Assembly (NCBI GenBank): GCA_025980335.1
Contig: JAICXO010000001.1
Coordinates: 1-62,308 of the forward strand
Source: Sphingomonas sp.
Lineage (GTDB): Bacteria > Pseudomonadota > Alphaproteobacteria > Sphingomonadales > Sphingomonadaceae
DNA: 62,308 bases
Direction of reading: 5' to 3'
Made by a program: the position numbers and the translations under genes. The notes below the pieces were generated by a model. That model saw only the letters and a list, made by a program, of their open reading frames with translations. It was not told the DNA's origin and made no database searches. This document shows, in pieces, positions 18,034-29,334 of the stretch (its first letter is position 1; every line of letters starts with the position of its first letter).

Positions 18034-18262
18034 GGCCTTAAAACGACTGACCTCCTGCGATGGCAACAAGCGCCAATTCCGTCGGTCGAAATTGCCGGCT
18101 CGGGGCGGGAACAGATAATTGTCACCTTCGCCGCGCCGGCATCACGCTCCACGGATCAGCGAATGGCGACCCCAAGCACTCGCGGACACGCCCTCATCTT
18201 GCCTGCGAAGCAGCAATCAAACTAATAGGATTGCAATTTCATAGAAGCAGAGTTGCATTCAA

Positions 18263-19114
18263 ATGGATATTGCCGCTGCCCGGACCTTTCTCGAGATCGT
18301 CAAGACGGGCAGCTTCATTCGGGCGGCGGCGAACCTCAACATCACTCAGACAGCGGTGAGCGCCCGCGTGCGGGTGTTGGAGGAGCAACTCGACCGGCAG
18401 CTTTTCATCCGCAACAAGGCTGGCGCCAAGCTGACTCAGGCCGGGGACCAGTTCCTTCGTTACGCGACCACGCTCGTGCAGCTGTGGGAGCGCGCCCGTC
18501 ATGATGTCGCCATGCCGCTCGGACGCGAGAATTTCGTCACCGTGGGCGGCGAGCACAGCTTGTGGAACCCGCTGCTGCGCGATTGGCTTGCATGGATGAA
18601 GGACGAATGCGCCGACGTCGCCATTCGCGCGCAGATCGATGCGCCCGAACGGCTGATCGATCAGGTTCAGGAAGGCTTGGTCGATCTGGCTGTCGTTTAC
18701 GCACCGCCGCAGCGGACCGGTGTCATTGCAGAGCTCCTGGTCGACGAAGCCCTGGTCGCGGTGAGCACGGACGATGCGAGCGCCGAGGATTGGTGGGATA
18801 CCTACGTCTTCGTCGATTGGAGTCCCGATTTTCGGGCGAATCACCACATGGCATTTCCCGACGCTCCGAGCCCGGCGCTGTCGGTCAATCATGGTCCGCT
18901 GGCACTGGATTATATCGTCGCGGTGGGCGGCAGCGGCTATTTTCGCATGGAAGCAGTCCGTCCGCATCTCGATAGCGGCCGATTGCATGTCGTCCCGCAC
19001 AAGCCGCGATTCTCCTATTCGATTTACGCCCTCTATTCGCCGAAAGCCGACGAACTGCTCATCGAGCGGGTTCGAAATGGCCTGAGGGCGGTAGCCGTAT
19101 CGCGACGCGAGTAG
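18263..19114 (+). CDS. LysR family transcriptional regulator
   Basis: TGSFIRAAANLNITQTAVSARVRVLEEQL, LFIR, LTQAG. Confidence 0.95.
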   Translation: MDIAAARTFLEIVKTGSFIRAAANLNITQTAVSARVRVLEEQLDRQLFIRNKAGAKLTQAGDQFLRYATTLVQLWERARHDVAMPLGRENFVTVGGEHSLWNPLLRDWLAWMKDECADVAIRAQIDAPERLIDQVQEGLVDLAVVYAPPQRTGVIAELLVDEALVAVSTDDASAEDWWDTYVFVDWSPDFRANHHMAFPDAPSPALSVNHGPLALDYIVAVGGSGYFRMEAVRPHLDSGRLHVVPHKPRFSYSIYALYSPKADELLIERVRNGLRAVAVSRRE

Positions 19115-19222
19115 CGGCCGAGTCTTTCCAACAACTATTTTGTTGCCAAAGCGAAATATTATTCGTTTGCTTCGTCGAACTCGGCGTCCCAGATAGTTTC
19201 TGGGAGGGATGCGGAGAGTGCC

Positions 19223-19612
19223 ATGCGGCCCATCCCAAAGCTGCTTCACGACGCGGATCAGATAGCCGCCGAGCCGGCTGTATCCGACACTGGGCTCTTC
19301 GGGGACATTCCCGCCCCGGTCTGGATCGCGTTTCTCTCAACCTGGGCATTGTTGTTCGGGCTCTTCATCCTCTTTTTCACAAGGGACGGACCAGCGACGC
19401 TTGCGGTGCTGACTTCTTCCTTCTTCGCACTGATGCTTTTGGGCTTGCCCGCGGCGCTTGGAATGCAGGCGAGGTCGACCAGCCGCGTGCAGTCCCGAGT
19501 CATCGTCACCCACAACGGTCCGATCCCGGTCGGTGCCGCCGCGACGCAGATTCTGCTCATCCCCGTCGCTTCGGTGATCGGAGTCACGGGTTTCATCTTG
19601 CTTGCGCTGTAG
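19223..19612 (+). CDS. Hypothetical three-TM membrane protein
   Basis: Hydrophobic segments; GGAG RBS. Confidence 0.7.
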   Translation: MRPIPKLLHDADQIAAEPAVSDTGLFGDIPAPVWIAFLSTWALLFGLFILFFTRDGPATLAVLTSSFFALMLLGLPAALGMQARSTSRVQSRVIVTHNGPIPVGAAATQILLIPVASVIGVTGFILLAL

Positions 19613-19747
19613 CGAGAAAGGGGCGCTCCGCTATTCCCCCCCGCGGAGCGCCCCTGGCGGTTTGATGCTGTTGCGCGCCGCCGGCGCCTAGACGCACAGG
19701 TCGGTCGCCCGTAGAGGCTGCGAGCCTGCTCACAGCGAGGAACAAAC

Positions 19748-21037
19748 GTGCCAAACGTCACCGTCATCGGCGCCCAGTGGGGCGACGAAGGCAAGGGGAA
19801 GATCGTCGACTGGCTGGCGAGCCGCGCCGACATGGTCGTCCGTTTCCAGGGCGGCCACAACGCCGGCCATACGCTGGTGGTCGAGGGCACCACCTACAAA
19901 CTTTCGCTGCTTCCGAGCGGCATCGTGACCGGCACGCCGTCAGTGATCGGCAATGGCGTGGTGCTCGACCCGTGGGCACTCAAGAGCGAGATCGAGCGCA
20001 TCCGCGACCAAGGGGTGGAGGTGACGCCCGAGCTGCTGATGGTGGCCGACAATTGCCCGCTCATCCTGCCGATCCACCGCGACCTCGATGCGCTTCGCGA
20101 GGACGCGTCGGGCGCGGGCAAGATCGGCACCACCCGGCGCGGAATCGGGCCCGCGTATGAGGACAAGGTCGGCCGCCGCGCAATCCGCGTCTGCGATCTC
20201 GCCGACCTCGATCATCTCGATCCGATGCTCGACCGGCTGTGCGCGCACCACGACGCGCTTCGCGCGGGCTTCGGCGAGCCGCCGGTCGACCGCGCGCGGT
20301 TGAAGAGCGACCTCGCCGAGATCGCCGGCTTCGTGCTTCCGTTCGCACGACCGATCTGGCGCGACCTGGACAAGGCGCGGCGCAGCGGCAAGCGCATCCT
20401 GTTCGAAGGCGCCCAGGGCGTGCTCCTCGACGTCGACCACGGCACCTATCCGTTCGTCACCTCATCGAATACCGTCGCGGGCACGATCGCGGCGGGAAGC
20501 GGCACCGGCCCGTCGGCCGCAGGGTTCGTCCTCGGAATCACCAAGGCTTACACGACCCGCGTCGGCTCGGGCCCGTTCCCGACCGAACAGGACAATGAGG
20601 TCGGTCAGGAACTGGGCGAGCGCGGCCGCGAGTTCGGCACCGTGACGGGTCGAAAGCGCCGCTGCGGCTGGTTCGACGCCGTGCTCGTCCGCCAGGCAGT
20701 GGCGGTCGGCGGAGTCACCGGAATCGCGCTGACCAAGCTCGACGTGCTCGACACGCTCGAGACCGTGAAGGTCTGCACCGGCTACATGCTCGACGGCAAG
20801 AAGCTCGACTATCTCCCGTCGCACGCCGCCGACCAGATGCGGGTCGAGCCGATCTACGAGGAGATCAGGGGCTGGTGCGAATCGACCCAGGGCGCACGCA
20901 GCTGGGCCGACCTTCCCGCCCGCGCGATCAAATACGTCCGCCGGATCGAGGAGCTGATCCGCTGCCCTGTAGCGCTGGTGTCGACCTCACCGGAGCGCGA
21001 CGACACGATCCTGGTGAGAGACCCGTTCGCCACTTAG
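19748..21037 (+). CDS. purA: Adenylosuccinate synthetase
   Basis: [47 protein letters not shown]. Confidence 0.98.
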   Translation: MPNVTVIGAQWGDEGKGKIVDWLASRADMVVRFQGGHNAGHTLVVEGTTYKLSLLPSGIVTGTPSVIGNGVVLDPWALKSEIERIRDQGVEVTPELLMVADNCPLILPIHRDLDALREDASGAGKIGTTRRGIGPAYEDKVGRRAIRVCDLADLDHLDPMLDRLCAHHDALRAGFGEPPVDRARLKSDLAEIAGFVLPFARPIWRDLDKARRSGKRILFEGAQGVLLDVDHGTYPFVTSSNTVAGTIAAGSGTGPSAAGFVLGITKAYTTRVGSGPFPTEQDNEVGQELGERGREFGTVTGRKRRCGWFDAVLVRQAVAVGGVTGIALTKLDVLDTLETVKVCTGYMLDGKKLDYLPSHAADQMRVEPIYEEIRGWCESTQGARSWADLPARAIKYVRRIEELIRCPVALVSTSPERDDTILVRDPFAT

Positions 21038-21117
21038 TCCCCCGGCGAAGACCGGGGTCCACGGCTGCGTCAGCAGCGCCTACCGGCGCTCCTGGGCCCC
21101 GGCGTTCGCCGGGGAAC
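21038..21117. repeat. Inverted REP doublet filling the purA/fabI convergent gap
   Basis: CCCCGGCGAAGACCGGGGTCC ... GGGCCCCGGCGTTCGCCGGGGAAC. Confidence 0.8.
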
Positions 21118-21920
21118 TACACCGTCGAAATATCGGGAGCGTCTTCGGCTTTCATGCCGACGACGTTGTAGCCGGCATCGACGTGGTGAACCTCGCCCGT
21201 GACTCCCGAGGCGAGATCGGACAGCAGATAAAGCCCTGCCCCGCCCACATCTTCGATGGTCACGTTGCGCCTCAGCGGCGAATTATACTCGTTCCACTTC
21301 ATGATGTAGCGGAAGTCGCCGATCCCGCTGGCGGCCAGCGTCTTGATCGGTCCAGCCGAAATCGCATTCACGCGGATGCCCTCGGGCCCGAGGTTCGCAG
21401 CCATATATTTGACGCTGGTTTCGAGCGCCGCCTTGGCGACGCCCATCACGTTGTAATGAGGGATCACCTTTTCCGCGCCGTAATAGGTGAGCGTCAGGAG
21501 CGCCCCGCCTCTCGACATCAGCCTGCGCGCGCGCTGCGCGACGGCGACGAAGCTGTAGACCGAGACGTTCATGGTCATCAGGAAATTGTCCATCGACGTG
21601 TCGACGAACTTCCCGCGCAGCTCGTTCTTGTCCGAATAACCGATCGCGTGGACCACGAAGTCGAGGCTGCCCCAGCGGTCGCCCAGCTGTTCGAACATGG
21701 CGTCGAGCGCGTCCATGCTGCTGACGTCGCAATCGATCAGAAGGTCGGAGCCGAGCTCCGCCGCGAGCGGCCGGACGCGCTTCTCCAGCGCTTCGCCCTG
21801 GTAGGAGAAAGCAAGCTGAGCGCCTTGAGCGGCAAGGGCCCGCGCAATGCCCCACGCGAGCGACCGATCGTTGGCAAGGCCCATGATCAGCCCGCGCTTG
21901 CCTTCCATCAACTGGCTCAA
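21117..21920 (-). CDS. fabI: Enoyl-ACP reductase
   Basis: GLANDRSLAWGIA, YNVMGVAKAALE, ISAGPIKTLA. Confidence 0.97.
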   Translation of the reverse strand: MSQLMEGKRGLIMGLANDRSLAWGIARALAAQGAQLAFSYQGEALEKRVRPLAAELGSDLLIDCDVSSMDALDAMFEQLGDRWGSLDFVVHAIGYSDKNELRGKFVDTSMDNFLMTMNVSVYSFVAVAQRARRLMSRGGALLTLTYYGAEKVIPHYNVMGVAKAALETSVKYMAANLGPEGIRVNAISAGPIKTLAASGIGDFRYIMKWNEYNSPLRRNVTIEDVGGAGLYLLSDLASGVTGEVHHVDAGYNVVGMKAEDAPDISTV

Positions 21921-22951
21921 AGTTGCGGTCCCCCTGTCTCAAGCACCGGCTCTACATCCTCTCCGGGCTGTGGTTCCGCGACTTCAAGCTCGTCGCTGTA
22001 CGGCCCGGTGTAAAGCTCGCCCCTTAGCGCCCTTGCACCGCTGTCCGCCAGCGCCGCGTTCAACTCTGCTCCAATCACCACGCCGAGCCCGACAACGAAG
22101 AAGAAGATGAGCGCGATCATCACACCGGCGAGGCTTCCGTACGTGCGCGTGTAGCCGCCGAACAGGCTCAGCACCGGCGCGATCAGCTCGACCGTGCCGA
22201 GCCACCAGACGGTGATGAACAGCGCGCCCGGCCACTTGCGGCAGCCGAGCTTGCGATACCTCGACGGAGTCAGCGCGTAGAACAAGGCGTAGAAAGTGAA
22301 GAACAAGGTCACGGCGGGAACGAGGCGGTAGATGCCGAGCGCGGACGCGACGTTCTGCGCGAGCGGGAACCATTGCTCGATCATGTGGTGGAGCAAGGTC
22401 AAGGTCGCGCTCACCGCGAACGCGATCATCAGCAGCAGCACCGCGCCGAGGATCAGAAGGATCGAGCCGAGCCGGTATTCCCAGAACGGCGCGCAATATT
22501 TGATCCCGTAGGCGCGGCGAAGGATGTCGCGGATCGTCTCGACGAAGCTGGTCGCGGTCCACAGCCCGACGATCGCGCCGAGCCACAGCAGGGTTCCGGT
22601 GCGGACGGTCAGCACTTCCTGAATCGGCTCGCGAAGCGTCGCGGCGACATCGGGCGGGAGCCTCCGGAGAACGTTGGTGACGGTGAGCATCGCGTCCTGC
22701 CCCTGCCCGAGCAGGTGAGCGACGGCGGCCGCGACAATGAAGAACGGAAAGAGCGCGACGATCGAGAGGTAAGCGAGATTGCCGGCGTGGATGAACCCGT
22801 CGTTATAGACCCCGATCGCGACCCGTTTGACCACTTCCCAAGCCGTAAGCCGCGGCTTGAGCTTCTCCTCGACCTCCGTCCCGAAGGCCGCGCGCATCGT
22901 CGCCAGACGCTTGCGCCGTTCCTCGGGCGAGAGCGGGGAATGGTCTCTCAT
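21917..22951 (-). CDS. YihY/virulence factor BrkB family membrane protein
   Basis: AGNLAYLSIVALFPF, TYGSLAGV, IGAELNA. Confidence 0.9.
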   Translation of the reverse strand: MRDHSPLSPEERRKRLATMRAAFGTEVEEKLKPRLTAWEVVKRVAIGVYNDGFIHAGNLAYLSIVALFPFFIVAAAVAHLLGQGQDAMLTVTNVLRRLPPDVAATLREPIQEVLTVRTGTLLWLGAIVGLWTATSFVETIRDILRRAYGIKYCAPFWEYRLGSILLILGAVLLLMIAFAVSATLTLLHHMIEQWFPLAQNVASALGIYRLVPAVTLFFTFYALFYALTPSRYRKLGCRKWPGALFITVWWLGTVELIAPVLSLFGGYTRTYGSLAGVMIALIFFFVVGLGVVIGAELNAALADSGARALRGELYTGPYSDELEVAEPQPGEDVEPVLETGGPQL

Positions 22952-22963
22952 CGGGGCGCGACC

Positions 22964-23935
22964 CTAGATTCCGAGCGACGCTCGCGGATTGCCGGCGCCG
23001 TCCCAGCCTTCGGCGAATTTCTGCAGCTCGGCATCGTTCCCCGGCAAGTGGATCTCGACGGTGACCAGCTGATCGCCGCGCTTGCCGTCCTTCGCGGTGA
23101 AACCCCGGCCCTTGAGGCGCAGCACCTTGCCCGAACTCGTGCCCTTCGGGATGGTCAGCATCACCGCGCCTTCGGGCGTCGGCACCTTCACCTTCGCGCC
23201 GAGCACTGCTTCCTTCAGCGTGATAGGGAGGTCGAGGCGGATGTTGTTGCCGTCGCGGCGGAAGTACCGGTGAGGCTCGATCTCGATCGTGACGAGCGCA
23301 TCTCCCCGGCCTCCGGGTCCCTCCTGACCCTTGCCGCCGAGCCGGATGCGAGTTCCGTCCTCGAGCCCCTGCGGAAGCTTGAGGTCGATGGTCTTGCCGT
23401 CGGCGAGCGTGATCCGCTGCGGCTTCAAGGCGACCGCGTCGTCGAACGGCACCTTGAGCCGGTAGGCGACGTCGGCGCCCTTCTGCGGCGGCGCAGCGCG
23501 CTGGCGGAACCCACCGCCGCCGAACGGACCGCCCGCCCTCGCCCGTCCCGCGCCCGCGGCTCCGAACAGGCCTTCGAAGAGGTCGCTGAGGTCGGCCGCG
23601 TCCGCGCCACCGAAATTGAAATTCTCGAAGCCCTGCGGCCCGGCGCCCGGCCGCGCCCCGGCTCCCGACGAATAGCCACCGCCGAAGCCGCCGCCGAACG
23701 GCATCTTGGGATTGCCGTCCTCGTCGAGCTCGCCACGGTCGTATTGGGCGCGCTTGTCCTTGTCCGACAGCAGGTCGTAGGCAGCGGTGACTTCGGCGAA
23801 GCGTTCGGCGGCCTTCGGATTGTCCTTGTTGCGGTCCGGGTGAAGCTGCTTGGCAAGGCTTCGATACGCCTTCTTGATCTCGGCCTCGCTCGCGCCGCGC
23901 TTCAGCCCGAGGCGTTGATAGAGGTCGAGTGCCAT
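22964..23935 (-). CDS. DnaJ class B / CbpA-like co-chaperone
   Basis: J domain with HPD, G/F-rich linker, C-terminal domain, no Zn finger. Confidence 0.92.
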   Translation of the reverse strand: MALDLYQRLGLKRGASEAEIKKAYRSLAKQLHPDRNKDNPKAAERFAEVTAAYDLLSDKDKRAQYDRGELDEDGNPKMPFGGGFGGGYSSGAGARPGAGPQGFENFNFGGADAADLSDLFEGLFGAAGAGRARAGGPFGGGGFRQRAAPPQKGADVAYRLKVPFDDAVALKPQRITLADGKTIDLKLPQGLEDGTRIRLGGKGQEGPGGRGDALVTIEIEPHRYFRRDGNNIRLDLPITLKEAVLGAKVKVPTPEGAVMLTIPKGTSSGKVLRLKGRGFTAKDGKRGDQLVTVEIHLPGNDAELQKFAEGWDGAGNPRASLGI

Positions 23936-24015
23936 TGGTTCTCCATGCCGTAACGATCCTTGCCTGACCAGATGGCTTGCCGTTGCGCCGGAGCCAAGCC
24001 TAAGGCCAACGCACG

Positions 24016-24594
24016 ATGGGGACCAATCCGTTCCAGCTTTTCGACGATTGGTTCGCTGAAGCTCGGGCGAGCGAGCCCAACGATCCCAATGCGATGGCGC
24101 TTGCGACCGCCGGTGCCGACGGCCAACCCCACGTGCGGATGGTGCTCCTGAAGGCGCATGGGCCGGACGGGTTCTTGTTCTACACCAACGAGCTGAGCGC
24201 GAAGGGGGAGCAGCTGATCGAGAACCCGCGCGCCGCGCTGCTGCTGCACTGGAAATCGCTGCGGCGGCAGGTCCGCGTCGAGGGCGCGGTCGAGCGGGTC
24301 ACGGACGCGCAGTCCGACGCTTATTTCGGGACGCGCTCGCGAGACTCGCAGCTCGGCGCCTGGGCGTCGGATCAGTCGCGCCCACTCGACCGCCGCGAAA
24401 CTTTCGAGCAGCGCTTCGAAGAGGCGAAGCGGCGCTTCGAGGGGGAAGAGGTGCCCCGACCGCCGCATTGGGGCGGGTACCGGATCATCCCGGACCGGAT
24501 CGAGTTCTGGACCGACCGGCCGTATCGGCTGCACGAGCGGCGGCTGTTCACGCGCGTTGGCGGCGGGTGGTCCGAAGGACTGCTCTACCCATGA
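24016..24594 (+). CDS. pdxH: Pyridoxamine 5'-phosphate oxidase
   Basis: RMVLLK, FYTN, RQVRVEG, SDQS, EFW, RLHER, C-terminal LYP. Confidence 0.96.
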   Translation: MGTNPFQLFDDWFAEARASEPNDPNAMALATAGADGQPHVRMVLLKAHGPDGFLFYTNELSAKGEQLIENPRAALLLHWKSLRRQVRVEGAVERVTDAQSDAYFGTRSRDSQLGAWASDQSRPLDRRETFEQRFEEAKRRFEGEEVPRPPHWGGYRIIPDRIEFWTDRPYRLHERRLFTRVGGGWSEGLLYP

Positions 24595-25529
24595 CGGACA
24601 CGGCGCTATCGGCAGAGCAGCGCGCGGCGCTGACCAGCCGCGCGGCTTTCGCGAGCATCGCGATGGCGGTCACGCTGATCGTGCTCAAGTCCTATGCGGC
24701 GCTCGAAACCTCGTCGATGGCAATGCTCGGGTCGCTTGCCGACAGCGGACTCGACCTGGTTGCGAGCCTCGTCGTGCTGCTCGGCGTCCGGGTCGCTGCA
24801 CAGCCGGCCGACTACGAGCACCGTTTCGGGCACGGCAAGGCCGAGGCGCTGGCGTCGCTGGCGCAGGTGATCCTGATCACCATGTCGGCGATCTTCATCG
24901 GCGTCAGGGCAGTGCAAAGGCTGCTCGTCGGTGCCGAGACGTCGGATGCCGAGCTCGGCATCGGCGTGTCGCTGATCGCGATGGTCCTGACGGCCGCGCT
25001 GATCAGCTACCAGCGGCACGTGGTCCGCCGCACCGGCTCGCTCGCGATCGGCACCGACCGGCTTCATTATTCGTCCGACCTGCTCCTCAACGGTTCGGTG
25101 GTCGTCGCGCTCGCGCTCGACCAGTTTGCAGGCCTGACGGGCGCGGACGCGGTGTTCGGGCTGCTGATCGCGCTTTGGCTGCTGTGGAGCGCGTGGAGCG
25201 CGTCGAGCAACGCGCTCGACCAGCTGATGGACCGCGAATGGCCCGACGAGCTGCGCGAGCGCTTCCTTGCGGCGACGAAGGACTATCCCGAGCTTGCCGG
25301 GCTCCACGACCTCCGCACCCGCAGCAGCGGGACTCATTATTTCGCGCAGTTCCACGTCTGGGTTCCCGCCGATTGGACGGTGAAGGAAGCGCATGACCGG
25401 CTCGACACGGTCGAAGAGGCGCTTCAGCAGCGCTTTCCCGGGACCGAAATCCTCATCCACCTCGATCCCGAGGGCCAGATCGATCGCGAGACCATGCTGT
25501 CGCAGGAGATCACGGAGCGCGCTACATGA
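24591..25529 (+). CDS. Cation diffusion facilitator (FieF-like)
   Basis: [27 protein letters not shown]; ATGA overlap with pdxH. Confidence 0.92.
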   Translation: MTDTALSAEQRAALTSRAAFASIAMAVTLIVLKSYAALETSSMAMLGSLADSGLDLVASLVVLLGVRVAAQPADYEHRFGHGKAEALASLAQVILITMSAIFIGVRAVQRLLVGAETSDAELGIGVSLIAMVLTAALISYQRHVVRRTGSLAIGTDRLHYSSDLLLNGSVVVALALDQFAGLTGADAVFGLLIALWLLWSAWSASSNALDQLMDREWPDELRERFLAATKDYPELAGLHDLRTRSSGTHYFAQFHVWVPADWTVKEAHDRLDTVEEALQQRFPGTEILIHLDPEGQIDRETMLSQEITERAT

Positions 25530-26305
25530 CCACGCTGCCCTTCTTCCAGGTCGACGCCTTCGCCGACCGCCCGCTTACCGGCAATCCGGCCGCGGTCATG
25601 CCGCTCGAGCAGTGGCTCGACGACGAGACGATGCAGGCGATCGCCGCCGAGAACAACCTCAGCGAGACTGCCTTCACGGTGCCGAGCACGAGCGGCGACA
25701 CCGATTACGACCTGCGCTGGTTCACGCCGACGACTGAGGTCGAGCTGTGCGGCCATGCGACGCTCGCGAGCGGCCATGTGCTGATCCACGGCGATCGGGT
25801 GCGCTTTGCGACGCGCTCGGGAGTGCTCAACGTCAGCCGCAACGGAGACCTGCTCGAACTCGATCTACCCGCTTACGCGGTCGCGCCGGGGGAGCTCCCC
25901 TCTCTCCAGGAAGCGCTCGGAGTCTCGGGCGAGACGTTCCTCGGCGAAGGAGGCAACAACAGTGCGCTCGTGCTGCTCGCCGACGAGTCGGCCGTGCGTG
26001 CGGTGCGGCCGGACTTCGCGAAGCTCAGGAATTTCGATCGGCTGGTCATGGTCACTGCACCGGGCGACCGCCATGACGTCGCGAGCCGCGTCTTCGCAGC
26101 GTACCACGGCATCGACGAAGACCCGGTGACCGGCTCCGCCCACGCGGCGCTCGTGCCTTTCTGGGCCGAACGCCTTGGCCGAACCGAATTCACCGCGCTC
26201 CAGGCGAGCGAGCGCAGCGGCGTCCTCCACTGCCGTCTCGGCGGCGATCGGGTGATCCTCGGAGGCCGATGCCAGACGGTGATCGTCGGGCAATTCCAGC
26301 TTTAA
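25526..26305 (+). CDS. PhzF family epimerase/isomerase
   Basis: QVDAF, GNPAAV, NLSETAF, LCGHATLA, EDPVTGSAH. Confidence 0.94.
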   Translation: MTTLPFFQVDAFADRPLTGNPAAVMPLEQWLDDETMQAIAAENNLSETAFTVPSTSGDTDYDLRWFTPTTEVELCGHATLASGHVLIHGDRVRFATRSGVLNVSRNGDLLELDLPAYAVAPGELPSLQEALGVSGETFLGEGGNNSALVLLADESAVRAVRPDFAKLRNFDRLVMVTAPGDRHDVASRVFAAYHGIDEDPVTGSAHAALVPFWAERLGRTEFTALQASERSGVLHCRLGGDRVILGGRCQTVIVGQFQL

Positions 26306-27363
26306 CGAGCAGAGCGCGCGAGAAGTTCGGCGAGATCCTTTTTCCAGAATTTCGCCCACGTATGAGTGCCGTGCCCGTGCGTTTCGCTGCTCTCCGGGAT
26401 CAGCCGGAACCGCGCATTCTTCATTCGCTTGACCGCCCGGCCCGGCACGTCGAGGTTGCGCGGATTGATGAAGTCGTCGGCCGAGTTCACCCAGGTGAGC
26501 GGCGCGGTGATCTTCTCGAGGTCGGGCCAGGGATTGTAATCGCGCGACGCGTCGAACTGGTAGATCGTGTCGTTCGCATCCATGTCCGCGAGCTCCCGCG
26601 CGACCGCCTGCTCGACATAGTCCTTGGCCGCCTCGCGGGTCGGATACTGCTTCTGCAAATAGAGCGGCGCACCGCCCGCGATGACCAGGATCGAGGCGGC
26701 GGTCCGCAGCCCCTCCTCCGGCTCCTGCGTGTAATTGCCTCCGTTCCACGCCGGATCCTTCGCGATCCCGTCGATCAGCAGCTGGCGCCAGCCGCGGTTC
26801 AAACCCGCGATCTCGATCGGCTCGCAGGCGAGCGGCATCAGTGCGCTTTCGAAATCCGGATACATCTCGCCCCACATGAAGCTCATCATGCAGCCCATCG
26901 AGGTGCCCATGATCAGCCGCATGTGGTGGACGCCGAGCCTTTCGGCCAGCATGCGGTGCTGGGCCAGGACCATGTCGGCGTAATCGTATTTCGGGAACTT
27001 CATCCGCAGGCCGTCGGAGGGCTTCGACGACTTGCCGTGGCCGATGTTGTCCGGAAGGATGATCCAGTATTTGCGGATGTCGAGCGGCTGCCCGGGTCCG
27101 TACAACTCGTCCGCGAATTGCGGCCGGAGGAACTGGTGTCCATCGCCGCCGGTGCCGTGGAGCACCATCACCGCATTGTCGATCTCGCCGGCCGCGTCGC
27201 GATGCGGGGCGCCGAGGGTGGTGTAATGCATCCTCAAGCTCGGCAGGCTCTCGCCGTCATGGAAGCGGAAGTGCTCGAGGACCACGTCGGCCTCGTGCGT
27301 CGGCCAACTCTTCGGCGCAGGAGCGGCGGCTTGGGCGGCAAGCGCCGCGAGCAACGCAAACAT
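26302..27363 (-). CDS. Alpha/beta hydrolase (homoserine O-acetyltransferase-like), exported
   Basis: LHGTGG, GTSMGC nucleophile elbow, NSADD, GHGTH. Confidence 0.88.
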   Translation of the reverse strand: MFALLAALAAQAAAPAPKSWPTHEADVVLEHFRFHDGESLPSLRMHYTTLGAPHRDAAGEIDNAVMVLHGTGGDGHQFLRPQFADELYGPGQPLDIRKYWIILPDNIGHGKSSKPSDGLRMKFPKYDYADMVLAQHRMLAERLGVHHMRLIMGTSMGCMMSFMWGEMYPDFESALMPLACEPIEIAGLNRGWRQLLIDGIAKDPAWNGGNYTQEPEEGLRTAASILVIAGGAPLYLQKQYPTREAAKDYVEQAVARELADMDANDTIYQFDASRDYNPWPDLEKITAPLTWVNSADDFINPRNLDVPGRAVKRMKNARFRLIPESSETHGHGTHTWAKFWKKDLAELLARSAR

Positions 27364-27367
27364 CAGT

Positions 27368-27832
27368 TCATCCCCTCAGTTTCTCCTCGAGTGCATCGAG
27401 TAGCGGCAGCTGGCTCGGCAGCATCATGGCGCGGGCTTCGGGAAGCGTCATCCACCGCGCCTCTTCGACTTCGGGGAAGCGCTGGAGCCGGCCGCTGCGC
27501 GCCGGCCATTCCATTTCGAAGTCGATCGAGCTGATCGCAGCGGGATCGAGGTCGCCTTCGAGCGCGAAGGCCTCGACATATTTGCCGCCGGCCTGGCGAA
27601 TCTTGATCAACGGGACCGGCACCTCGGCAAGCCGCGTGCCTGTCTCCTCCTCGAACTCGCGCAGTGCGGCTTCGGCCGAGGTCTCGCCGGCCTCGACCGC
27701 GCCCTTGGGGATCATCCACGCTCCGACGTCCTTGTTGCGCCAGTACGGGCCGCCCGGCCTGATCAGCAGCACTTCGGCTTCGCCGCCGCGCTCGCGATAG
27801 AGTAATATGCCCGCGCTAAGCGGCGGCGGCAT
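27368..27832 (-). CDS. NUDIX hydrolase
   Basis: [18 protein letters not shown]...[15 protein letters not shown]. Confidence 0.9.
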   Translation of the reverse strand: MPPPLSAGILLYRERGGEAEVLLIRPGGPYWRNKDVGAWMIPKGAVEAGETSAEAALREFEEETGTRLAEVPVPLIKIRQAGGKYVEAFALEGDLDPAAISSIDFEMEWPARSGRLQRFPEVEEARWMTLPEARAMMLPSQLPLLDALEEKLRG

Positions 27833-28934
27833 CGGGAAGCCTCTGATGCGCCGAGCGGGTTTCGGCAATCCAGCCGCCGCCGAGCAGGCGGCTGCCTTCG
27901 TACAGCACCGCCGCCTGGCCCGGAGCAACGCCATGTTCGGCGCCGCCGAAGCGCACCCATTCGCCCTCGCGAAGCGCCGGCACCGCCGGAGCAAGCGAGC
28001 GCACCTTGGCGCTCACCTGGCGCTGGTCCTCGGCGATCCAGTTCCAGTCGGCGACACGCATCGCCTCGACCGCGAGCGCCCGCCGCGGGCCGACGACGAT
28101 CCGCGCCTGCTCCGGTTCGATCCGGATCACGTAAAGCGGCTCCTTCTGCCCGCCGATCTCGATTCCCCGGCGCTGCCCGACGGTGAAATGGACGACCCCG
28201 CGATGGCGGCCGAGCGGGCGGCCGGCGAGATCGACGATGTCGCCGGCTGCTTCAGTCTCCGGCCGGAGCTTCTTCACCAGCGCTGCATAATCGCCATTGG
28301 GAACGAAGCAGATGTCCTGGCTGTCGGGCTTGGCCGCGACCTCGAGACCAAGCTCCGAAGCGATCCGCCGCACCTCGTCCTTGGGCAAGTCGCCCAGCGG
28401 GAAGCGCAGGAAGTCGAGCTGCTCGCGCGTCGTCCCGTAGAGGAAGTAGCTCTGGTCGCGGCGCGGATCGGCGCCCTTGTGAAGCTCGGCTCGGCCCGCG
28501 TCGACGATCCGTCGCACATAATGGCCGGTAGCGAGGCAATCGGCGTCGAGCTCGCGCGCGAACGCGACAAGGTCGACGAACTTCACGCCCTGGTTGCAGC
28601 TCGCGCACGGCACCGGCGTACGCCCGCCGGCATATTCGTCGACGAAGCGATCGATCACGCCTTCGCGGAACCGGCTTTCGTAATCGAGCACGTAGTGGGC
28701 GATGCCGAGGCGCTCGGCGACCTGCCTCGCGTCGTAAATGTCCTGCCCGGCGCAGCAGGCGCCCGGTCGGCGCACGGCTTCGCCATGATCGTACAGCTGG
28801 AGCGTGACTCCGATGACCTCGGCACCGGTCTGCGCGGCGAGCGCAGCCGTGACCGAGCTGTCGACGCCGCCCGACATGGCGACGACGATCCTTGCCTGCC
28901 CCGCGGGGCGGCCAAGCTGAAAATCAATCCGCAT
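27816..28934 (-). CDS. mnmA: tRNA 2-thiouridylase
   Basis: [42 protein letters not shown]. Confidence 0.97.
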   Translation of the reverse strand: MRIDFQLGRPAGQARIVVAMSGGVDSSVTAALAAQTGAEVIGVTLQLYDHGEAVRRPGACCAGQDIYDARQVAERLGIAHYVLDYESRFREGVIDRFVDEYAGGRTPVPCASCNQGVKFVDLVAFARELDADCLATGHYVRRIVDAGRAELHKGADPRRDQSYFLYGTTREQLDFLRFPLGDLPKDEVRRIASELGLEVAAKPDSQDICFVPNGDYAALVKKLRPETEAAGDIVDLAGRPLGRHRGVVHFTVGQRRGIEIGGQKEPLYVIRIEPEQARIVVGPRRALAVEAMRVADWNWIAEDQRQVSAKVRSLAPAVPALREGEWVRFGGAEHGVAPGQAAVLYEGSRLLGGGWIAETRSAHQRLPDAAAA

Positions 28935-29019
28935 TGGAGCTCTTCTTGCCGCGCTCTTTACCCGAATTTCACTCCTCACGACTAGACCGGCGGCAGGACA
29001 AAGGACCGAGGGGCACGAG

Positions 29020-29244
29020 TTGGCGCGTCACGAAAAGGACTTTCGCGTGGACGCCGACACGCCGCTCCGCCTGGACGAGCTGCTCGCGCTGCTCGGCGAG
29101 GGCGTCGACGCCGACGACAGTTCGAGGGAGGGCGCAATCGCCTGTTACCTCTCGGGAAGCGACGGCTGGCGCGATGCAATGAAGATCCTCGGCGGCACAT
29201 TCGCCGAGGAAACGGCAGGGTTAAAGGAGCGTAAGGCGGATTGA
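29020..29244 (+). CDS. Small hypothetical protein
   Basis: TTG start with GAGGG upstream; fills the gap before sciP. Confidence 0.45.
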   Translation: MARHEKDFRVDADTPLRLDELLALLGEGVDADDSSREGAIACYLSGSDGWRDAMKILGGTFAEETAGLKERKAD

Positions 29245-29334
29245 CCGGGGTGTTAACCAGCGCGCTTCAGAATGTTTTTAAGCGCGCCGATTAAATGACG
29301 GCGCGGTGACAATGATTAAGCAGGTGTAACGGGA

